Assembly (NCBI GenBank): GCA_964016885.1 | Contig: OZ024753.1 | Location: forward strand, 2,728,001 to 2,792,000 | Length of the DNA: 64,000 nt | Origin: Eledone cirrhosa | Lineage: Eukaryota | Direction of reading: 5' to 3' | In this document: positions 26,742-38,334 of the stretch, one piece after another | Numbering within the stretch: the first letter of the stretch is position 1 | Layout: the number at the start of each line of letters is the position of its first letter | Translations under genes and position numbers: made by a program | Notes under the pieces: model-generated | Told to the model about the DNA's origin: nothing | The model's input: the letters and a program-made list of their open reading frames with translations, nothing else | The model's database searches: none

Positions 26742-27059
26742 AAATAACCGATAAATGTTTTTTTAAAAGCCACTACAATGCAGTAGAAAATACGATGGGC
26801 AAATGATGGTAAATGAAACCAAACAAAACAAAGTAATGTTTTACCAAGTGTATTATGATATTTCAGGGTTATTACCCTCTTTTCAGATGCAGGGCTGAAA
26901 CAGTCCTAGATAAAACAAACAAATTATTTGAACTGTAACTGGTGTTATGTGTTGGAAAAATGTATGCACATGTGCATATATATATAAACATATATCATGT
27001 TATGGGTTGGAAAAGTGTATGCGTATGCACATATTTATAAACACATATATACTTCTGTA

Positions 27060-27191
27060 TAATTTTTCCTCTGCAAAATTCATTCAGAGGGCATTGGTTG
27101 GCCTGAGGCTGTAGCAAAAGATACTTGTCCAAGGTTCCACACAATGGCATAGAACCCGAGACCCCATGATCAGAAAGCAAACTCTTTAACC
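27060..27191 (-). mobile_element. CORE/MIR-like SINE remnant (related pieces at ~40190-40325, ~52380-52440, ~52625-52745, ~61640-61740)
   Basis: ACTTGTCCAAGGTTCCACACAATGGCATAGAACCC resembles the CORE motif ACTTGCCCAAGGTCACACAG...GAACCC. Confidence 0.55.
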
Positions 27192-27816
27192 CTATAGGCA
27201 TATCTGTCACTATATAACCATTCTAATAACAAAGGCCTTAAGCTTGATTACATGATATAAAAAAAAATGCAGAAAAATGTGACCACTGTTTACTCTGTTA
27301 AAATTAGGTTTCATATTAAAATTTGCTATTCTAACCCCAGTTTTCTTCTTCAGTACATATTACAGGTTTAAAAATAACTGCAAACCTACACAATTCACAT
27401 TACTACTAATTCATTATGCAAATGTATATAATCATAACATTACAGGTACTTGCATTAAATATGAAGTATTAGCCCTGTCATAACAAATTGACATCATTTT
27501 TTCTGCCTTTTTAATATTTTTATTTTTAGATTCCACAGTCATGTGAAGAAAAAAATTACTATTCAATGAAACAAGATTTATACATTTATGACAAAATACT
27601 GACATATTGATAATAGTCTCTCAAATATAATATGGCTTTTCTCTACAAAATTAATTAATAAATATAAAAGAAGAATATTTAATTCTCCAATCGATATGGT
27701 AATCATTTTGTCAAGACTTAAAAGTACGAACAGAATATTTTCTGTATAATTTATAAGAAACTGTGGAAACAAGGGCTGGATTCACCATTAAGCAAAATAA
27801 ACACACTGAAATAGCC

Positions 27817-27983
27817 AAGCCACATCTTGAACATTGGTAAGATAAGCCTTATCTTCAGCTTTGGCAAGATAAGCCTTATCTTCAGCTTTGGCAAGATGAG
27901 CCATATCTTGAGCTGTGTTAAGATGAGCTTTATCTTGAGCTGTGTTAAGATGGGCCTTATCTTCAGCTTTGGTAAGATGAGCC
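27817..27983. repeat. 27 bp tandem repeat, ~6 copies
   Basis: Unit AAGAT(A/G)AGCCTTATCTT(C/G)AGCT(T/G)TG(G/T)N. Confidence 0.9.
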
Positions 27984-29828
27984 ACCAATTAATACAAAGA
28001 ATTTTATTGTCAATAGCCTAGATTCCCATAACTACTAAAATGTTGCAAACTGCAAAAAATATAATTCACTGACAAATTATGGTTTTTAAGTAATTTGTTC
28101 TTTTCAGTTATGGATGTATATGGATTTGTAACACCTGATGGAGCTATGCAGGAATCATCATGACATGAGGTGGGTCTTGGGCATTTTAAAGCTGGTGACA
28201 AAATGATCTGTCTACTAGAAAATACCCTGTAAACATTTGAATTAACAAACTCATTTTTAGATAGCTTCTGCTAAATCATTACAGGATGTTAAAAGTTAAT
28301 GAAAAAATATTTCTAAAATGGTTTTTTTTTTCCATCTTTCTCATAGATAATTACCAAAGATATTTATATTGGTTTCTAAACCTTGTTGCAGATACACTGT
28401 TAAACTGTTTCTGTTTAATAACACAAACAAAAGAAATTTGTTAATCTCAATCTGCTCGACAATATCATATATTTAGACATTCTGCAGATGGAAACTGGAA
28501 TTTTTTATTTCTTTATTTTCATTTCTCCATTTATTTTTCCATTCAGTTTATTTATTATTATTTATTTTATTGTTTATCATTTGCTTCCTGTAACTTTCTT
28601 CACTTCGGAAGGTAATTTCTATTTCTGGTAACAATATTTTTAATAATTTTCCATTAATATTTTGCTGGTTTTTATTATCTTTAAAAGGCCAAAAAACATT
28701 GATTCCAGTTATGTTGTTGTTGCTAATGTGAAGTAAAACAGTATTAATAAAATTCATATCTTACAGTTAACAAGAAACTGTCAGATGATAGCTGTTGTAT
28801 TGCTTTACTATATTTTATAACAGAGAATCTAGCTTTAAGATCTTATATCAGTGATAATGACCATTGAATAGAAAACGGAGAGGTAAGAAGGTATATGACA
28901 TAGATACTTTACAATTTTTATTTACCATTTTAATGTTCAGTTTTTGTAACTAATGGAGAGGCTTATTTAATATCATTTGTTAAGTTTTTACAAGTGATTT
29001 ATAAGCATTCATATAATTCCTCTCAGGATAGATTTCTTAACATAAATTCTGCAGAAACCTTAGTGTATTCTACTGCTTAAGTCAGGTTGATTTCACATCT
29101 ATTAAAATCTCACAGATATTATAAACAAAAAGAAGTAGCGCATTGCTGTTTATCAATTTATAAGAATAGATTTTTTTTTTTTATTTCATAAAGTTACTAT
29201 AGAGAAATTGCTAAAGTACACAATATAACATGCTCGAGTAGCTGCACTTCATATTTTCTATTCAAAATATCACTAGTATTGAAGATGTTTTAATCTTCCT
29301 ATGAGAATTTTAAGAATTTCAAGGATGGTCTACCTGCTAAAGCAGAAATTAGCTGTGCAGTCATCATGCTAGGCACTATATTTACTGTTGGGTCTTTTTT
29401 AAGGCAATGTTTTATAGTTAGATTCTCTTCGTGCACCACCATTATAAGATGCCACATGTGACATGCAGGGGTACAGTGTGCCTGTTCTAAGCCAGATACA
29501 CACAGTATAAACTGGATACATATAGTATAAACTGAACACATATAGAATAAACTAGATACACGCAACATAAACTGTTTACACACATCAGAAATATAAGCAA
29601 ATGGTATATTGGGTAAAATCCAGAATGTGAAAGAACTGGATATGTTCTGTGTCAGTATCAATTAGTCCTTAACAAAATTCTAGAAGATTTCAATAATTTT
29701 AACTGACATAAGGAACAAATAATGTAATGTTTTGGGCTTATACCTCATCTAAGAGAGAGGAAGAATGAGAGAAAAAGAGAGAGAATGAGAGAGAGAGAGA
29801 GCGCGCGAGAGAGAGAGAGAGAGAGCGC

Positions 29829-29891
<63 letters not shown>

Positions 29892-30519
29892 GCTGTTGGA
29901 ACTTTGGCTGTGGTTCAGCAAACAATAAAGAAATGGAAGTGAAGGAGCAATGTGGAGTGTGAAGGAATGAGGAGGAGATGTGTAATGGGATCGGAAGTCT
30001 GGGATACAATGTGTGTGGGAGGAGGAGAAGTCATAGAAGGTGCCAATACCTTAGGCTGGGCAAAAGCGGGGGAGGGGGATATGTTAAGAAGGGAAGGAAT
30101 GAAGTGTCAAGAAAATGGATATCAAAGAACTTAGAGGGCTATATTAAAATATTTATGTAAAATGCATGCATAGAAACTGTTTATTTACAAAGACCATGAA
30201 GTGAAGGATGTGATACCAATGAAGATATATGAAGTTCAGAATGGGAGAGATGGAAAGCCAAATCTTCAAGAAAGACCAAGGTGAAGATATATTAAGGATT
30301 AATTCAATCAGCCTAATACTTTTCTACTACAAAATTGCTCTCATGTATATTGAAAAGAAAACATTAGAAAGAAAAATAATAGTTGGAATTTATCACTTGG
30401 AGTTACTTCCTGCCATGACAGGTGGGGGGATTCCCTGTCTTGCTTCTATGCTCTATTTTTGGCATTGTTTCTACACTCGGCTGCCCTTCATATCACTATG
30501 GCACCTGAACTAGTGAGAT

Positions 30520-30780
30520 TGTTTTGACCTCAACAAGATTAAAGAGCTCTCTTTAATCTAATATGAGTCTGTTCATTGAAGGTTTAAGTGAACAAGACAA
30601 TGTGCAGAAGATATAGAGATGAAGATAAGAAGTTAGGTAAGAGGATGATAGGGGATGTAGCAATGGAAGAAAGACAGTAAACAGCAACTATATGTTGGCT
30701 GTTGATAAGGTGATGGAGTAGAAAATCTTTAACAGTTGTATAATGGTGGAGAAGAGAGTCATAGAAGGAAGGCAAGGTGG
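30520..30780 (-). mobile_element. Highly decayed CR1-like 3' ORF remnant
   Basis: Frameshifted resemblance to the CR1 C-terminal HRR-VA-L-LF-R-Y motif region; weak. Confidence 0.35.
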
Positions 30781-30781
30781 T

Positions 30782-30829
<48 letters not shown>

Positions 30830-30869
30830 AAATTAATGGGAAAGATACAGAGTGTGGTATATCAATAAT

Positions 30870-31056
30870 TGTTTCTACTTTTGGCACAAGGCCAGCAATT
30901 ATGCCAGTGTATTACTGGTACTTTATTTTATCGACCCCGTAAGGATGAAAGGCAAAGTTAACCTTGGCGGGATTTGAACTCAGTCCGTAAAGGGATGTAA
31001 CTATGCTGGAAAGCATGGCGTCCGACCCTCTACCGATACTGCCAATCCACGACCTT
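30870..31056 (-). mobile_element. Full-length young SINE with 18 bp TSD
   Basis: GTGTGGTATATCAATAAT at 30852-30869 and 31057-31074; intact A and B boxes. Confidence 0.95.
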
Positions 31057-31887
31057 GTGTGGTATATCAATAATGAGAGGTGGATAGCAAAGATGGGTGG
31101 TGGTAGTAAGAGTGAAAGTGATAGCTAGCAATAAAGAAGGGTGATGAATAGAGAAATCAAATCTAGATTAATCTGATACCAGCTCTCCTTACACATGAGA
31201 GTGGTAGATTGATAAAAGGGTGATAGTTATGTATTTAAATACTGAAAGATCTAAATATCAACGTCCATACGTTTTTCTTTTTCAACCAGAAAACTAATAA
31301 TTCCCCCATATACATTGCTGTATTTTCCTAATTCACCCTATCACCACCACACTCCATATTTCGACACAGAAAAATGTAAAGAAATAAAAAAAGACATTTT
31401 GGTGTTAATTACGTATATCATTTGTATATCACTTAGGATTACATTTGAGTATATAATGTACATTATTGCACATAAAAAATAATATATATATATATATATA
31501 TAACATTTTATTTTAAATCTACTGTAATTTAAACATATCCGACACTAATTTGCATAATAGACTAAATAAATTTAATAACTCCACTATCCGGGAGCTTCCA
31601 ACAGAGGGGAGGGTCATATTGCTATAATAATATTGCCAGAATTAATAACAGAACACACTCACTGTTTGGTTGGTTTTCACTTCTGTATCTTTTATATCAG
31701 TTAATTTATTCGGTCCTCAATGTTTACCATTGACTGACCAACGGTAAAAAATATAGATATAATATAGACACAAACACATATATATAGTCTAACAAAGTTC
31801 TTTTGTTGCACATCTGCAACATCGTCAGTGGTGCTATTATGTTTCCGCCTGTTGTATTGTATGTCTTCGCCATCTTTTCTTGTATAT

Positions 31888-31941
<54 letters not shown>

Positions 31942-32294
31942 TCATGCCCATAAAACACAAAAATGTGCAATGAACTGAATCCCAATATAAAATATAATCA
32001 CTAATAATAATAATAATAATAATAATACTGGGGAATGTAGTTGTAGCAGAAAAGAAATCACCTCGCCTATTCCCCCCGCACCTAAAAAAAAAAAAGAAAA
32101 AAGGCTTCCATTAGTGAAAACCCTAAAAGCTCTATACAAACTGACTACAAACGAAACAGGTTCAAATGAAAGCATGTCTTTTTCCAGTAACAATGAGAGC
32201 AGCATATCTCAATAGTATCTTACAACATAGGAATGTGAATAAAACATCCACAGTCTAGTTCTATTTCATTCATTTTTCCCTTCTCTATAAACAA

Positions 32295-32745
32295 GTATAT
32301 ATATATATACACACACATATATACAAACATATATACATATATATATATACAAAGATTTATATATATATATACATTTATATACAAACATTTATACATATAT
32401 ACATTTATATACAAACATATATACATATATATATATACAAAGATTTATATATATATATACATTTATATACAAACATTTATACATATATACATTTATATAC
32501 AAACATATGTATATATATATACAAACAGATATATGTATATATACATATATAAAGAAACATATATACCTATATATATATATATATATATAAACATATTCAT
32601 ATATATACAAACATATATATCCATATAGAAACATATATATACATATAGAAACACATACATATATATATACAAACATATATGCATATATATACAGACATCA
32701 TCATCATATACATCATATACATATATACACATACATACATCTATC
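32295..32745. repeat. TA-rich low-complexity block with a ~89 bp internal duplication
   Basis: ACAAAGATTTATATA...ACAAACATTTATACAT occurs twice. Confidence 0.85.
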
Positions 32746-33093
32746 GACAAAAATCAAAAATATAAATGAATGAATAACATGTATATATTTGAATACTAGG
32801 CATGTCTACGTGTTTGGAAAGAACGTTGTGATGTTTGATATTTTTGTTGTGGCCTTCAATTTGTTGAGATCATGTTATTAAAAGCCATATAACCCTCCGG
32901 GGTGGGGGAGAGGAGACGAGGGGAGGCGTGGTGAAACTGGTGAAGAGTAGTAATGTAAAATAATCAATAAATACAGCTACAAAAATGAGAACAGAAATCT
33001 GTGGGGGATATAAAAGGAATTTATTCAATTTTATATATTTATTCATTTCTATTCATATACTTTTTTTAATCACTTGGTCAAATGGCTGTGACC

Positions 33094-33188
33094 TCAAAAG
33101 AACAACCAAAGCAAATGAAAACCAAGTATATAAAATGTATACGCTGGTATCCATATTGTTGTAGTGTTAAATGCATGAAAGAAACGTA
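33094..33188 (-). CDS. Candidate terminal exon encoding a short hydrophobic (GPI-signal or TM-like) tail
   Basis: Acceptor ATTTTTACCATCGCACAG|TA is phase-1 compatible with exon A, giving VRFFHAFNTTTIWIPAYTFYILGFHLLWLFF-stop. AATAAA follows on the minus strand at 33038-33043 and 33020-33025. An alternative acceptor at 33272 opens the phase-0 frame ending at 33078. Not proven. Confidence 0.3.
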
Positions 33189-33608
33189 CTGTGCGATGGT
33201 AAAAATATCAAATTGCCTTCCATGTACTTTTGTATTTTTTCTATTCTTGTGTAACATAAAAGCATCTATGACCTGCAATATTATGTTGACTGCACATTAT
33301 TCCTCTGGAACAATCACCTTTGTTGGCAAGCAATGTAAATGAGAGAGAGAGAGCGTGTGTGTTTGTGTGTTTAGTAGTAGTAGTAGTAGATAGCCGTAAG
33401 AAAATCCTTACTGCAAGATTCAGTTGTCCTCACCTGTAACTATGGACACTATACTCTTTCTGATGAAGCGCAATATTTTATGTAATGCTTGCAATTGAGC
33501 ATAATAATATGCAATAAGTGTTCATAGACTGATATTGTATTGAAACATATGTTAAAAAACGGACTCTAAATAAATCTTTCTCCTCTAACCTTTACTTCTT
33601 GCCTAGAT

Positions 33609-33706
33609 TTATATATATATATATTTATATATATATATCCCACCCTTGCAAGCAGGGAAAAGCGGACGTAAAATGATGATGATGATGTGTGTGTCTATAT
33701 ATATAT

Positions 33707-33739
<33 letters not shown>

Positions 33740-33745
33740 CACATA

Positions 33746-33793
<48 letters not shown>

Positions 33794-33946
33794 TATATGT
33801 ATATATGTATATATATATACACATATATACATATACATATGTATATATATATGTGTATATATACATATATATATACATACATATGTATAAATATATATAT
33901 GTATACATATATATGTAAATATATACATATGTGTATATATATATGT
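33609..33946. repeat. (TA)n / (TG)n / (CA)n microsatellite block
   Basis: Direct reading. Confidence 0.95.
33639..33688 (+). mobile_element. Very short RTE-type 3' terminus inside (TA)n; second copy at ~52495-52551
   Basis: CCCACCCTTGCAAGCAGGGAAAAGCGGACGTAAAA(TGA)n, near-identical to 52501-52550. Confidence 0.75.
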
Positions 33947-34999
33947 TTTTAAATTTAAATATAAATAAATATAAAGCTCACTGAAGACATGCAATCTCCT
34001 GTTTTATTTATTTCAGTAATTAAGCTGTAACCATCACATGGCACCATCTCCAAGAGATTTAGTTGATCATCCCAACTTCAATCTTTTTTAAATTATGTGC
34101 TAAATTATGTGATAAAAACAAACAGTAAATGTCAAGACAGGCACAAAGACACATATATATATATAATACTTAAATATTAATTAGTCTCTAATACTGACAC
34201 ATCTCAAAGAATGGATAAAATATATAGATAAAATATCAATCAGAGAAGCAATATTATATATAATATGTAAGTGAAAAAACTCTATGGGAGTATAAGCCTG
34301 ACATGACAGACCAAAAACAATTTTAGTCTATCTCACTTATATATCAATCTCCCTACCATGGTTTCAATCGTGGAAGAACCAACTATGTCTGGCTTATACT
34401 AACATTGGGCCATGATCTGAAATGTCCTGATGTGTTATAATTGTGACATCTACATATAAGTCTATTAAAACATGATGTGGAGTGTTGTCTACTTTTAGCA
34501 GATCATTTTTGTTCAGCTGTAAACCGTTATCAGTAAATTATTGGGAGCAGCGACTAATAATATTTGCTATTTGGTTACCAAGCCATTTATTATTGTGGAC
34601 ATTGAAATTTTCCTCAAGCATCAGAGGTTCCAATGGAGTTGACCTTGCAATATAGGACCCATACTCTAAATGGAATGCTAATTTCACAAACATTCCTGAG
34701 GAATAATTCATGTGACTGATTTCACCTCAGAAGTCTGAAGTAAATTAGGTTTGAAGCTACTTTGTCACTTCCACTTTAATTGTTACATGAAATCTTCTTT
34801 TACTACAGCCACAACAAGCATAATAGATTGTATACCAAACTGACTCCCCTGAACCTCCCAATTATGACCAAACAATCGTGCAGCCCTCATACCCTTGAAA
34901 CCCAGGGAAAAAGGAAAAGGCACTCATGTAGCCCCCTTCCCATCAAGTGTGAAACCTCAGATTTGGCACTATCAATGTTAGAACAATGAAAAGTAAGTG

Positions 35000-35185
35000 T
35001 AGTAAGAGATGTTAGAGAGGAGATGAGGAGATGGGTAAATGTGTGCTGTATGCAAGAAATGAAAGGGATGGGGCACCTAAGCCAGATTCATCACAGGAAA
35101 AAAATACAAATGCTTCTGGGTAGGTAACAAAAATGGAGTAGGTGGATGGAGTAGGTATATTCCTAGCCAAGAGATGGTTTGTCCA
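35000..35185 (+). pseudogene. Decayed RTE apurinic-endonuclease remnant
   Basis: Reads VCCMQE ... FWVGNKNGVG ... GVGIFLAKRW across frameshifts, typical of the RTE APE N-terminal motifs. Confidence 0.55.
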
Positions 35186-37371
35186 GTAGTAAAACCACTA
35201 CAAACATCTGAAGATACCCAGATTTTAGACATTTTCTATTAAATCATTACTTAATGTGGAGAGTTACTTAGAATTCTTAGATAAAGTTATTATGGAAGAG
35301 TTTTAGATAAATATTCTGTTTAGAAAATAAAGAATATACCTATATAATGAATGATGTGCTCATGCATTGAGATGCTATAAAATAGATTATAAAATGGGGT
35401 GAAGACCCTTTAAAAGATAGAAAAAGAATTTGCCATTAAGGGTCTTCACCCTATTTTATAATATCTCAGTGTATGAGCATATCATTCTTTATATTAATTT
35501 TGTATTGTTTTGTAGAAGCAGGGGCTGTTTCAGGTAGTTTGGCATGAAAAGGTTAAACATATCTTACAGTTCTATGATGAGGAAGTAGAGCAAACTTTGC
35601 AGTAATTTTATTCCCTCGTGTTATCTGTTTCATTAACACCACATGGATCAAACCAAATTTTTATCAGCACAGTGAATTCAATATCTGCCCAATTATGTTT
35701 TGTACATGCCTGAGAAGTGTTGCTAACCATATTTGGAACAAAGGGAGCAATCAGGTTGGAAGTGTAATTAATTTGTCAGTTAATTAAATTTACTTTATTC
35801 CTATATTATTTTATATTTTACTTTGGTGAGAGACATGTTTTATAGTTTTGTTATTATAGGTGCTGTCTTTAATTTCTGGATGTTAAGAGTAGCGAAGTAA
35901 ACTGATACCCCATTAATTATAGATTGAGCAATGAGTAATGGATTAAGCAATCATTTATTATTGTTGCTGTTATGTAAAAAATATATTTATCTAAATATTT
36001 GTGGAAGTTGTTTTACTTTACACACTGGATGTTATGAGTAGTAGCAGAAAACACAATATAGTAGGTTAAAAAATTAAGAATATACTCAGAGATAATCATG
36101 ATTATAAAATTAAAAATATGTATATATTTCTGTATATATAATATATATTTGTTTGAGAGAACTTATGATTATAAAATTAAATATATGTATATATTTGTGT
36201 ATAAACCAGAATTGATGCAGTAAAAACCAGTTAGACCATTACTCATATTTATTTGCGAGAATACACGCAGAGACAAACAACAAACACAGATGTGCACACA
36301 TATATATATATATACAAACAGGCTTCTACATAGTTTTTTCCATCTACTAAATTCCTCTAAGTAAGTCATTTTCAGAGCCTACTTGTAGCTGAAGACATTC
36401 TCCAAAGTTCACCCATTTGCATATATTAATATAAATGTAGTTAAGATTTATAGCTTAGTTGTCCTAATTTTTATAGACTGAAGTGTGTTATATTTTTCAG
36501 ATATTCACACACCTGTAATTTGACATTATTATTCTCAATTAGTAGTGCAAAAATGTCAAGCTCACAGTATCTGATAAGTTAGCAGTCAATTAACTGAACA
36601 CAAATCATTTATTTTTTACCCCCTAATTTTTATGGAATTACCATAAATCTTTATAGAACTAATTGATTGTTTAAAAAATACATTCTGGATTTCAAGTGTT
36701 GTTTCTGTTGATAAGAGGGACCAGCAATTAATTTTTTGATGTTTAAAAAATATAAAAATGAAAACAAAAGACTAACAAAATAAATAAATCAAATCAAATC
36801 ACCAAATTAAGAATTAATGGCATAAACTGTAGTTGGAACTGCTCATGCAGCATACAGATGAGGCCTAGTCTTAACAGATTAATTGTCGTTGTGAGTTATA
36901 TGCTCCAGTGCAATAACCCACATCAGTTTATCATGTTCATTATCATCACCATAATCATTTTGATTGATATTTTCCTATTTAATGGCATAAACTGTAGTTG
37001 GAACTGCTCATACATCTCCTCATACATGTTGATACACTATCATCCTATTGATGGCTCCCTGTTGTTTTTCAAGTTTCATTTAACTACTGCCTTCCATGTT
37101 ACTTTTCATCTCATATTTCACCTTGCTTGCCTCCTTTCTGGTGACCACAAGAAACTACAGGTAAGCATGAAAGAGTTGGACAGGTGGGGAAATGTCCAAC
37201 ATCAGTATCAGACATCAAATCATACACTAAACCACTAGATATTAGAATTTACAGAGAGTGGTATAATATATCTAAGTCACAGAATATCAGAGTTTACAAA
37301 GAGATGTAGAGCATGTCTGAATCACTTGTTCTGTAAAACCTATCCTATCATTTAAATAACTCATATGTAAA

Positions 37372-37528
37372 TGTGGTTGGCATTAGGAAGGGCATCCAGC
37401 CATAGAAACCAATCCAAAATCAGTTCTGTGTGAGCAAACCACAGTGTTCTGACCTGGATGTCTCACAACAAGATAGCACGTCCTACCCATGATAGCCTCG
37501 AAAATAGACATTAAACAATGATGATGAC
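37372..37528 (+). mobile_element. Degenerate RTE-type 3' end
   Basis: GGCATTAGGAAGGGCATCCAGC ... GACATTAAACAATGATGATG. Confidence 0.7.
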
Positions 37529-37558
37529 AATTTTGTTTTAGGTCTGTTTAACTATTAA

Positions 37559-37722
37559 CATCCTGTAATTATCAAGCAGTAAATGACTAAAAACAAATTT
37601 GTTAATTCAAATAATTATACTATCTTTACTAGTGGATAGATTGCTGCAAAGATTTGCAGTATTAGAGTAAAAATATTCTTAATGTAGTACAATCATAACA
37701 TAGTTTTATGCGGTACAGGATG
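37559..37722. mobile_element. Putative TTAA-flanked MITE
   Basis: TTAA-CATCCTGTA ... TACAGGATG-TTAA terminal inverted repeat. Confidence 0.55.
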
Positions 37723-38225
37723 TTAAGAGTTAATCAGCTTATATAATGACAAATTTAAATACCATCCATTACCCAATCCGTGGTATTTCTTTTAATACCA
37801 TCAAGTTTACTTGCTTGTTTATACAAAGCTAAGGATCTGGCCCACCACTTTCCTAATTCCTCTGTACTCTATATATCTATTGTGTGAGTTTAAATAGCAT
37901 ATTGAAATTCTTTACTGCCCTAGAGGGAATAAAGAATATTATTTAACTCTACCCAGTTATCCAGTCCAGCAACTAATCTGAAAACTATAGCATAAATATC
38001 AGATATCTTTAACATGGAAAATAAAGTAAAGTATTGACAATTTTATGTATATATATATAGAGAGAGAGAGAGGGAGAGATATGCGTGTGTATGTGTGTAT
38101 GAACAAGTCTGTGTGTGCATGTGAGTGTACATATATATATATGTACTAATGCATGAGTATAATATTTCTTCATTCTACTGTGTTGTTTGCTTTGTTATTT
38201 CTATTTACTTTATGCATACACACAC

Positions 38226-38334
<109 letters not shown>

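Noticed and set aside
28548-28757. Asn-rich 69 aa minus ORF
   Set aside because: Composition-driven, with no splice sites or motif.
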